54,845 nt of DNA from Chiloscyllium plagiosum. Lineage: Eukaryota. The translations under genes were made by a program, and so were the position numbers. Shown piece after piece: positions 1 to 10,900 of the stretch. A model generated the notes under the pieces. The model was not told the DNA's origin. It did no database searches and was given only the letters and a program-made list of their open reading frames with translations. Every line of letters starts with the position of its first letter. The first letter of the stretch is position 1. The stretch lies in NCBI RefSeq assembly GCF_004010195.1, contig NW_025215079.1:3514-58358 (forward strand). The letters run 5' to 3'.

Positions 1-975
1 ATCCTGCCCTGGGGAAAGGTCTATGGCTCTATCTATTCCTGTCATTATTTTGTACACCTCTATCAGGTCTCCTCTCTTCATCCTTCTCTCCAGAGAGAAA
101 AGTCTGAGCTTATTCAACCTTTCTTCATAAGGCAAACCCTCCAGTCCAGGCAGCATCCTGATAAACCTTCTTTGCACCCTCTCCAAAGCCTCTGTGTCTT
201 TCCTATAGTAGGGCGAACAGAAATGGACACAATATTCCAAGTGTGGTGTCACCAGGGACTTGTAGAGCTGTAGCAAAACCTCACGGCTCTTAATCTCGAT
301 CCCCCTGTTAATGAAAGCCAAAACACCATATGCTTTCTTAACAACCCTATCCACTGGGGTGGCAACTTTGGGGGATCTATGTACTTGCACACCCAGATCC
401 CTCTGTTCCTCTACGCTGCCAAGAATCCTGTCTTTAATCCTATTTTCAGCATTCCAGTTCGACCTTCCAAAATGCATCACTTTGCATTTCTCCAGGTTGA
501 ACTCCATCTGCCATTTCTCAGCCCAGCTCTGCATCCCGTCAATGTCACGCTGCAGCTCGCAGTAGCCCTCTATAATATCGACGACACCTCCGACCTTTGT
601 GTCATCTGCAAATTTGCTAACCCACCCCTCAACCTCCTCTTTCAAGTCATTTATAAAAACCACAAAGAGCAGAGGCCCAAGTGCAGAACCCTGCGGGACC
701 CCACTCAACACTGACCTCCAGGCAGAATACTTCCCATCTACAACCACTCTCTGCCTTCTGTCAGCCAGCCAATTCTGAATCCAGATAGCCAAATCTCCCT
801 GTATCCCATACTTCCTGACGGTATGAATGAGCCTACCAGGGGGAACCCTATCAAATGCCTTGATGATATCCATATACACTATATCCATTGCTCGACCATC
901 ATTGACCTGTCTTCACACTTCCTCAAAGGACTCAATAAGATTTGTGAGGCATGACCTGCCCCTCACAAAGCCATG
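1..975 (-). mobile_element. CR1-clade LINE fragment (ORF2 RT to near 3' end), degenerate; continues past the window start
   Basis: The minus strand reads as CR1 RT, e.g. the reverse complement of 596-620 gives the SKFADDTK catalytic motif. Frameshifts and stops are present. Confidence 0.85.
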
Positions 976-2910
976 CAGCATTGAACTCCATTTGCCACCT
1001 CTCAGCCGATTCTGCAGTTTATCCAAGTCCCCCTACAACCTGTAACAGTCTTCCAAACTGCCCACTACTCCACTGACTTTAGTGTCATCTGCAAATTTAC
1101 TAATCCATCCACCTATGCCTGTGTCTATGTCATTTATAACAATGATAAACAGCAGTGGTCCCAAAACAGGTGCTTGTGGGATACCACTAGTAACCGGACT
1201 CCAGTCTGAATAATTTCCATCAACCACCACTCACTGCCTTCTTTCAGAAAGCCAGTTTCTAATCCAAACTGCTAAATCACCCTCAATCCCATGCCTCTGC
1301 GTTTTCTCCAACAGCCTACCATGTGGAACCTTATCAAAGGCTTTACTGAAGTCCATGTATACCACGTCAACTGCCCTACCCTCATCTACATGCTTGGTGA
1401 CCTTTTCAAAAAACTCAGTGAGATTTGTGAGACACGCCCTACCCTTGACAAAACCATGTTGACTATCTGAAATCAAATTGTTGCTTGCTAGATGATTATA
1501 AATCTTATCTCTTATAATCCTTTCCAAAACATTTCCTACAATAGAAGTGAGGCTCACTGGTCTATAATTACCTGGGTCATCTCTACTGCCCTTCTTGAGC
1601 AAGGGCACAACATTTCCAATTCTCCAGTCCTCTGGTACTAAACCTGTAGACAATGATGACTTACATATCAGAGCCAAAGCCTCTACTATCTCCTCCCTAG
1701 CTTCCTAGAGAATCCTCGGATAAATCCCATCAGGCCCAGGGGACTTGTCTACTTTCACCTCTTCTAGAATTGATTACGCCTGTGCATAACTAACCTCGAT
1801 CCTTTCTAGTCTAATATCTTGTACCTCATTCTTCTCCTCTACAATATTCTCCTTTTCCTGAGTGAAAACCAATGAGAAATGTTCATTTAGCACATCTCCG
1901 ATCTCCACAGGGTCCACATTCAACTTCCTACTTCTGTCTTTGAATGGCTCTATTCCTATCCTAGTCATCATTTTACTCCTCGCATACCTCTAGAAACCTT
2001 TAGGGTTCTCCTTTATTCTATTTGCTAAAGACTGCTTGTGTCCTCTCTTTGCTCTTCTTAACTCTCTCTTTAAATCCTCCCCAGCTGATCTGTAACTCTC
2101 CATCGCCTCATCTGTACCATCTTGCCTCATCAACATATAAGCCTCCTTCTGCTCAACAAGAGATGTAATTTCTGTAGTAAACCATGGTTTCCTTACCTTA
2201 TCATTTCCTCCCTGCCTGTCGGGGACATACCTATCAAGGACACGCAATATCTGTTCCTTAAACCAGCTCCACATTTCCATTGTCTGCATCCCCTGCATTT
2301 TACTACCCCATTCTATGCCTCCTAATTCTTGTCTAATCGCATTATAATTGCTCCTGCCCCATCAATAACTCTTGCCCTGTGGCATGTGCATGTCCTTTTT
2401 CATCACTAAACTAAACGTAACTGAATTATGGTCACTCTCTCCAAAGTGCTCACCTACAACTAAATTAAACACCTGGCCTGGTTCATTACCAAGCACCAGT
2501 TCCAGTGTGGCCTCCCCTCTTGTCGGCCCTTCGACGTACTGTGTCAGGAAACCCTCCTGTACACATTGGACAAAAACTGATCCATCTGACGTCCTAGAGT
2601 TATAGCATTTCCAGTCAATGTTGGGGGAAGTTAAAGCCCCCCATAATGACCACCCTGTTCCTTTCACTCCTACCCAGAATAACTCTATGGAGGCGTATAA
2701 AAACTCCAAGCAGTGTGACCTCTCCTCTCCTGTTTCTAACCTCAGCCCACACCACCTCAGTAGGCAAGTCCTCGTCAAAGGTTCCCTCAGCAACTGTTAT
2801 ACTATCCTTGAATAACAAGGCCATGCCTCCCCCTCTTTTACCGCCTTTCCTGTTCTTAATGACAGATCTAAGTCCTGGAACATGCAACATCCATTCCTCA
2901 CCCTGCTCTA
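976..2910 (-). mobile_element. Second CR1-clade LINE fragment (endonuclease plus RT), degenerate
   Basis: ORFs 1033-1230 ([11 protein letters not shown]), 1231-1677 (PGNYRPVSLTS, QHGFVKGR, VYMDFSKAFDKVPH) and 2362-2929 (GGKRGGGMAL, PTRGEATLELVL, SDHNSVTF, APE-type endonuclease). The FADD region also occurs in 1-975, so this is a second copy. Confidence 0.9.
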
Positions 2911-2914
2911 TCCA

Positions 2915-3710
2915 TATAGGTAAGTGCAAGTTCTTGCATTTTGGAATGTCCAGTCAAGGTAGGAGTTTTATGGTGAATGGTAGGGCCTTAAGGAGTGTAG
3001 TGGAACAGAGGTAGCTTGGAGTTCAGGTACATGGTTCTCTGAAATTCAATCACTGTAGACAGGCCAGTGAAGAAGGCTTTTGGTGTACAGGCCTTCATCA
3101 GTCAGGGCACTGAGTATCGAAGCTGGAAAATTATGTTGCCATTGTACAGGATGATGGTGAGGCTGGCTGAGGAGTATTGGATCTAGTTTTGGTCACCTTG
3201 CTGTAGGGAGGATGTTGTTTAACTAGAAAGAGTGCAGAAGAAATTTACAAGGATGTTGTCAGAACAGAAGTGACTGAGTTTCAGGGAGAGATTAAACAGG
3301 CTAGGACTTTTTCTTAGAGTATATGAAGCTAAGGGGGTAACTTATAGAAGAGTATAACATCAAGAGAGGCATGGATTGGGTGAATGCATTCAGTCTTTTT
3401 CCCACAGTTGGGGAATCAAGGGTTAGAGGGCATCCAATTAAGGTTAGAGGGGAAAGCATAAAAGGAAATCTGAGGGGAAACATTTTTTTACACGGAGAGT
3501 GGTACGGATATGGAATGGACTGCCAGAGGAAGTGGTTGAGGCGGGTACATTAACAATATTTAAAAGGCATTTGGCCAAATACATGGATAGGGAAGGTTTA
3601 GAAAGATATGGGCCAAGCGCAGGGAAATGGTGTTAGTGTAGGTGGATGTTTTGGTCGGTATGAATCAACTTGGACCAAAGACCCTGTCTCCGTGCTGTAG
3701 GACTCAATGA
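2915..3710 (+). mobile_element. CR1 LINE 3' fragment, opposite orientation to 976-2910
   Basis: KCKFLHFG..., LERVQKKFTRML-like and GNIF..RVV-like CR1 C-terminal motifs, followed by a 3' UTR-like tail. Confidence 0.8.
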
Positions 3711-3711
3711 T

Positions 3712-4470
3712 TCGAACTGCGGGAGGTGCAATACCTGCCCTTTCACTTCGTCCCTCCTCAGCATCCAAGAGCCCAAACACACTTTGCCGAAGAAACAGCA
3801 TGTTACCTGCATTTCACCCAATCTAGTCAAATGGATTTACTACTCAAAGTGTTGTCTCGTCTACATTTGGGAAACGAAGCACAGACTGGGTGATCGCTTC
3901 ACGGAACACCCATGTTCTGTCTGCTATAAAGAAAAGATTCTGAGCTTCCGGTTGCCTTCCACTTTAACACCCCACCCTGCTCCCTGGGCAACACCTCTGT
4001 CTCAGGCTTGCTGCATGGCTCCAGCGAAGCTCAGCGCGAGCTGGAAGAGCAACACCTCATTTTCCACTTGGGAATTCTATAGCCTTCGGGACTCAATATC
4101 GAGTTCAACAATTTTCGGACTTGAGGAAGTTTCTCTCATGTGCTTACCCCAGCCCTACACATCAGGCCTTGTAATCACACAGCCTGCTATTATACACTAT
4201 ACAGTGTTATCCACTATTAATCAACATTAGCGGTCATTCATTCTCCCAGGCTGAATGTTACCCAATCCTTTGTCTGTCCAACTGTTCTCTCTCTTTTGGC
4301 TCCATCTCAACCTTTCATTTGTTCCTTTCCCCCTCCCCCAACTTATCTTCTACATTAAAAAAGCAACTTTATCCTCATTACCATCAGCTCTGAAGAAGGG
4401 TCACTGCATTGAAACGTCGATTTCTCTCCATAGGTGTTTCCAGACCTGCTGAGCTTTTCCAGCAATTCTG
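3712..4470 (+). mobile_element. Penelope-like element 3' fragment (GIY-YIG endonuclease plus terminal repeat), decayed
   Basis: ORF 3670-4230 contains CGRCNTCPF...WIYYSKCCLVYIWETKHRLGDRFTEH, similar to ORF 34696-35370. A terminal repeat with ctgaagaaggg...gaaacgtcga lies at about 4390-4420. Confidence 0.75.
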
Positions 4471-4878
4471 TTTTTTGTCTTTGTTCCACCATGATCCTAA
4501 TGGACATGAGCATTCATCCAGCACTGGGGTTGCCCTGGAAACCTGTGCAGAGGAAAAACAAACTCTAAGTTCTGGATCTTAATGTGATGAAGTACAAAGT
4601 CCCTGAACCCACACTCATTATTTCTGGAACAAGCTGGCAGGAGGTGGAGAGGGGACTTGGTTGGATGATTGGATAAACGACTGTGGTTGGGCATGCCCAC
4701 TCCCTCCTCATATCCCAGAAGGTTTCACATTGAAAAAGTTGCCTCCCCACTTTGTTTGAAAAGGTGAAGCAGTCACTGAGACGCAGCGTTCAGTTTCACA
4801 AGGTTCCACCCTGTGTCACAGTGTACTATTCTCCAACCTTCCAGACTTACAGGAGCTCAAGATCATTCCTGTGAGATA

Positions 4879-4939
4879 ATGCTTCTGGTAATCATTCTGC
4901 TGTTCGCTATCTCATCACCGTCCAATTCTGAACACTGCA
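4879..4939 (+). CDS. Cobalamin-binding-family gene exon 1 (signal peptide MLLVIILLFAISSPSNSEHC)
   Basis: ATG at 4879 with a hydrophobic core, and a donor A|gtaagg at 4939/4940 in phase 1 matching exon 2. Confidence 0.82.
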
Positions 4940-7900
4940 GTAAGGGATTCTATTATTATCAGTACTTTCACTGTTATTACCATTGTTAATATTAAGGCTG
5001 TGTATTAACATTGCAGAAAGTATTTTAATTACAATTCCTACAATTATTCTCACTGTTATTATTGCTATTAAAAATACTATTAATTTGAACTCTACGCGAA
5101 TTTTTCTCAGTATTGTTACTTCTTTGTTTGACAATACGTAAACCACATGTTTTCACTTTGCTAAGCTATTCTATAATTTCAAAATGCAACTGTGGAGAAC
5201 TATTAATAGTACAGAAAAAAAAAACGAGACCAGTTGTCCCACAATATGTCCACATACTCATTCAGCCACGATCAGATTGAATAATCAGGAAGCCTTCTTT
5301 TGAGACAAGTTTCAATGTTTCTGTACATTACTGCACCCATTTGCGTGGATTCAGCAATTTGACCATATAATGACGACTGTCATCTGTCTGCCCATTCCAA
5401 CAGTATATGGGTCTTGTTGAGTTGCTATGACCTGATATTTATTTCAATGTGTATTCCCACCGTTAGCCTTCACTTTGGACACGAGCCACTTGCGCCTCCT
5501 GCTGGTCATACTGGGCCTGGAGATTTCTGGGATTTCCACTCTCTGCTACCGAGTAAATGGGTTCTTGTAATTTGTGTTTCAGCGGCTTCTGAGGATCAGC
5601 AGAAGTCAATCCTACAGAATATAAAGATGGAGCTGACCGATCAATCAATCATTACACAACCGTGGTCTTTTATCGCTCTGCGCCTGGGGATTGAGCAGGA
5701 TTTGGAGATGGAACAAACGCTTCTTCACAAGCTGAGGGAGGCAGCTGTTAAAAAAATTGAAACAGGTACGAATGAGTTCATTTTTCATGAATAATAATGT
5801 ATTCCTCAACAGTTGAAGAACGATTAGTTATCAGTTTATTTTTGTTTGGGGAAATTGGGAGATACAAATGATGCTGTCACATTAAAGGACCAACTTGGCA
5901 TCTGCTGAAATGATTTGTGAGTTTTCAAAATGTCCGGAATGGTATAGGATTATATCTTGGACATGGCAAATTAATTTACACAGCACATTCCGGATCGTGT
6001 TTTCATTTTGATCAATAGCCTGTGAGGTGGTCAGAATAAAGGGGCTCCATTTTAGACAGAGGTGAGGAGGAATTTTGTCTCTCAGAGAACTGTGAGTCTT
6101 TAGTTCTCCGTGCCACAGGGTTAGGTAGATTCTTGATCAGTCGGGGAATCAAGGATTGTGGTGAAAGGGCAAGAAAGTGGATGCATGAAATGTCAGATCC
6201 ACATGAATCGTGGAGTCAGCTCCAGTGGCTGAACGACTTATTCCTGTTCCTATTTCCTTTGAATGTTTGATTTTACAAGTGGAGGGAGGTCATTGTCACC
6301 TCATAAAAGGGAGACAATGAATCAGAGATAGATTATATGCTCTGGTGTTTCAGGTGATGATTTTATTGCTTCAATGTATTGATGATTCCCTCTGTATTCA
6401 CTCTTTCGCGTAGTGACTTAAACATTCCCACCAGCCTCGTGTGAAAAATGACCCTGCCTTTCATCCGCCTTTTACCTTCAAGCTATGTGTGCATTGCTTG
6501 CTCTCCTGAGGGGAAATGTTCATTCCTCTCGATAAAAACCATTGCCTGGTACTCTCCCACCCTTCTCCGCTCTCAGTGACACAACCCTGGCCTCACTTGT
6601 CTGTCTTCACAACTGCAACTCTCCAGTCCAGACAATATCCTGGTGAATCTCCTCTGCACCCTCTCCAGAGCAAGAAAACCTTTTGAACGGTATGCTGACA
6701 AAGAGGAGAGTTCCATTGTATTTCACCCACCACTGGCATTGCAAAACATTATTGTGAAATCACAGCATTTTCCCCATTTTTGCTTAGCCTTATTGAAGTT
6801 AGTGCCCAACTCAGTCTGGCCTTATTGAGATGATGTCATTGCTCTGATCCAGGTGATCACTTTCCCATGGACCTGACGGCATTCTACGTCCTGGCCTTGC
6901 GAGCCTGGTGTCAGACTGCAGTCCAGATCACAGCAACAGCAGCAGGGAAAAAGGAGGTGAACTTGGTGGAGAGGCTTCGTCAGTCTCTGTCCACGGAAAT
7001 GCATGAACAATTGAAGAGAACCTCTTCAAATGGTAACAGTATGAACGCTTAACACAAACACGTTCTTTGGATAACAATTATGCAACACATCAGGAAAAAC
7101 GAGACATGTCCAACAGAGATGTCAGCAAGAATGGGGAGCTCATTCATGTGCTAAGATTGTGCAAGAGGGGTATTTTCATTTCAGAGAACATATCCATCAG
7201 TCAGGAAAGGTTTCATGAAACATTAGTCAGACAAAAACAAGATAAACCAAGCCTGTACATTTACGGGGTGTTGCCTGGTGTGGGAGGTGCGAGCTATGAA
7301 GAGAGTTTGAGTAGGTTAGGTTTGTTTTTCAGAGAACATATCCATCAGTCAGGAAAGGTTTCATGAAACATTAGTCAGACAAAAACAAGATAAACCAAGA
7401 CTATACATTTACGGGGATGTTGCCTGGTATGGAAGGTGCTAGCTATGAAGAGAGTTGTAGAGGCAGGTATGGGAGATTCATTTAAGATGCGTCTGGACAG
7501 ATGCATGAGTAAGTGGGGAGCAGAGGGATTGGAATTGACCGACAGGTTTCGACAGTACATTTGGATCGGTTGAAGTTTGGAGGGCAGAAGGGCCTGTTCT
7601 AGGGCTGCAAATTTTCTTTGTTCTTTTTTCTTTGTAAACTAGTTTTTGGGATTTGTTTTGAAGGGACAGAATGGAAACTAACTGAGTTTTTCATGTTGTT
7701 GTTCGAAGCTTAGATATTCCACTCATACAACACAACATGTAAGTCTCATGCCAACAACCAAGCAAGTCTAACGGCGCAGTTCAGTGGGAAAGATTTACCA
7801 GCATTAGTTTAGTTGGATAGACTCCTGATGTATGATGCGCAGAATGTCAGCAATAACATGGTTTCATTTCCTGCCACCTGAAGTTAAGATAAAAGATTCA

Positions 7901-10900
7901 CCTCCCAACCTTTCCCCTCAACTGATGCGGAGCAACCCTGAGGTAAAATCACGACCAGTCATATATACCCTTCTCTCCCTCTCCAATGAGAGAGTAGACC
8001 TAATGTAAAATATAGTAACTTAACCTACGCACCCCTCAACTCACTGCTGTCTGTGGGCATGTCCAGGAGTCGCTTAAATGTCCCCAATGTCTCTGCTCCC
8101 ACCACCACCGTTGGTAATGCATTCCATGCTCTCACAACTCTCTGCGTAAAGAACCTACCTCTGACATCTCCTCTATACCTTCCTCCTTATACCTTCAAAC
8201 TACGATTCCTCATAACAGTCAATCCTGCCCTGGGGAAAAGTCTCTGGCTGTTGACTCCATCTATTAGTTTGTTCAGAGGAAATCGGTTTACTTTCCACTG
8301 CCGCTGATTTTTCCGGTAACAGCAGCGGCTGTTTCTCGAATCCACCTGCAGAAACCAATGCTCCTCATCACAGGAACTACTTTCAGCAACGTTTTGCTCT
8401 GAGCTCCGTCAATGCTGGTGTTTGGAGCTCCCAGTAACTACGTTAAAGCTGCACTCCTAATATTGTCATCTGCTCTGTTTTTAATCCAGAACATGTCGGT
8501 GGTGCCCTAAAAAGATTTCAGGAAGTCAGCTTGGCAATGCTGGCACTATGCCAGGAGGATGAATATATCCACAGGTTTATCATCCAGACCTTTGCTGCTG
8601 TTTATCTGAGGCAAATTGCTCAACATCGGAAAGAATTAACAGTTGGTACGTTTGTGCAGGTATCACGCTGAAGTCTGTTGTTGTGACATAGCTGTCGGAT
8701 GGTAATGTACAAAGTGGTACCCTGGGATATCAGGATGGGCTGAGGGAAACATTGTTAATGGAAAGCAATTGCGAGCACCAAAATTGAACGGTCGTTAAAA
8801 GAAACACCATTTTCCCATTCTGCCCAAGTGCCATTTCATTCCTGTTGTGTTTATAACAAAGAGCATTTAGCAATCGGAGGATTGTGATATTGTGTCAAAT
8901 CCCATTCCTTTCGAATGACTTCCAGCTCCTCGGCTGTGGAACATCTGGGAAGGATTGGTCAGTTCTTGGTGGACTCACCAAGATCGATCTAAAGCCCCTT
9001 CGGTATGTTGGAGGTGTTCCAGACGGTCAACTTAGTGGGAGTCCTGATTGGAATCTTCTCTCAGAGATGTGGAGCTTCCATCTTCCAGTCAAAATCACGG
9101 TGTGGAGCTGCAGTCTGCATGAAATAGACAGTCCCTGGAACGTCCAGTTAAATAACCGGTTTTTTTTCCCTCTCCACATGCTGTGTCTCTCCAGCACTTT
9201 CTATTTTTGTTCCAGATTCCAGCAGTTGCAATGACATTTGTTGTAATTTTAGTATGCAACTCACCCACCCTGACCCCTTCTGGTGTCTGATACTTTCCTT
9301 TGAAGAGATGATTGATTTTGCTTCCATTCTATATTAATATACATCAAAAACAGAACTATATGTAAACTGTTTCCTTTCTAATAATGAGAACAAGAAACTC
9401 GAAATATTAACTCTATTTTGCCTTCCACAAATGCTGACAAACCGACTAAGTTTCTCCAGTATTCTTCCTGAGCGACATTATGTATTTGTCTTGTTGTTAC
9501 ACACTCTCCTGCTGCTTTGGGTGAAATAGTTGAGATGTGTTCCCTGTGTTTCAGACGTAATGTCTACCACTGCCCTTACTCTGAGATGTCTGATACAGTC
9601 ACAAAGACCAAGAGGCTGGTCTCGTCTTCAGATCGCAAAAACTTTAATGCAATTAATGAGATGGATTCTCAAGGAGGTGAGAGAAGACGGCACTATTGGG
9701 AGCTTGGACAGTACAGGACTAGCCATGCAGGTAATGTGATGTGGGATAAGACATTAGGGCTTGCCTTTAATTGGGAAGAGGGGCAATTGATTGATGAAAG
9801 TTCCGATGCATCAAATGAAGTAATCGACAATAAATTTAAGGCAGCGTCAGGGATTTTTATTAGGACACTGGTTGTGTCCCGACTTCTGAGCCAAGAGACT
9901 TGGGTTCAAGTTCTATCTGCTCCAGAGGTGTCTCATAATGCACTTGAAAAGATTGAGAACATAGCCATCTTGGCTTCCAACAAATCAGAATTATTCAGAA
10001 TTAATCCAGAAAGATAAACCTACCAGTAAAATTAAGGTTCTGCTGCTGCAGTGGGAGTGTCCCTAATTTATCCAAGTTCATTGACTGAACCTTCTCCTCT
10101 CAGCTGTGCACATTTAAGACATTTTCCTGAAATTGATCTTCCAAAGTCTTCTGATTCTTTCCTCTGTCTAGCGAATCCCACACTCTCAGAATTCTGTCAC
10201 CAAAGGGATTTTTCTTGAATTAATTTTGAATTTTCTGCCTCATATTTCACAACCTCTAACTTCAGAGAGAAATCAAAGCAGGGTCGTCTTTTCATCATTC
10301 TAAAAAGCATCACAATTTTACTCTTAATCTTCACTTTCCTTCATAAAGAAACATCACGAACTCTCTGCAGTCCCCTTTCTTTGCCCACGCACTATCCCCT
10401 GCAGGTTCGGTCTTTCTTGAGAATGAAGTTGTCTGCTGTAGAAACAGATCATGTTTCAACTCTGTGTCAATAATATTTCAGTAAAACTTTGAATGCAGCT
10501 GCACAGTCAAAATGGGCCAGAACTATTCCCAGTAAGACAGCTCCATGTCATCACCTAAATTAATTTCTCGGCTGCTTAGTATGTCACTAGGAGCGGATTT
10601 TGGTATCAGTAGATGATGTACAATGGATGAGAGAAAATATTTATCCTCTGTTACATCGTTTGCGCAATTTTTTGTCTTCTATCAGAGCACGTCCTCAGAG
10701 CTGAGGAGAGTTTTGTCTCTTTTCTAAGAAGCATTTTTACCCTTTTTATTCTTCTACTCTAGGCTCTGAGAGAAAACATAAATGTGTACACTTCCCGTGT
10801 TTACAGTTGCAGCCAAACAGTGCAGAAAATGGTGAGTGAATTTCGTCAAGGAAACTTCGGGAATCTCAGGATGTTGTCAGACGCAGCAATAGCCCTGGGT

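Noticed and set aside
1..2910. Intact, active LINE
   Set aside because: It is two separate fragments with several stops and frameshifts; no intact ORF2 is present anywhere in the window.
9517..10017. 166-aa ORF
   Set aside because: It is an alternative frame over exon 5 that runs into the intron; the family motifs are in the 9530 frame.
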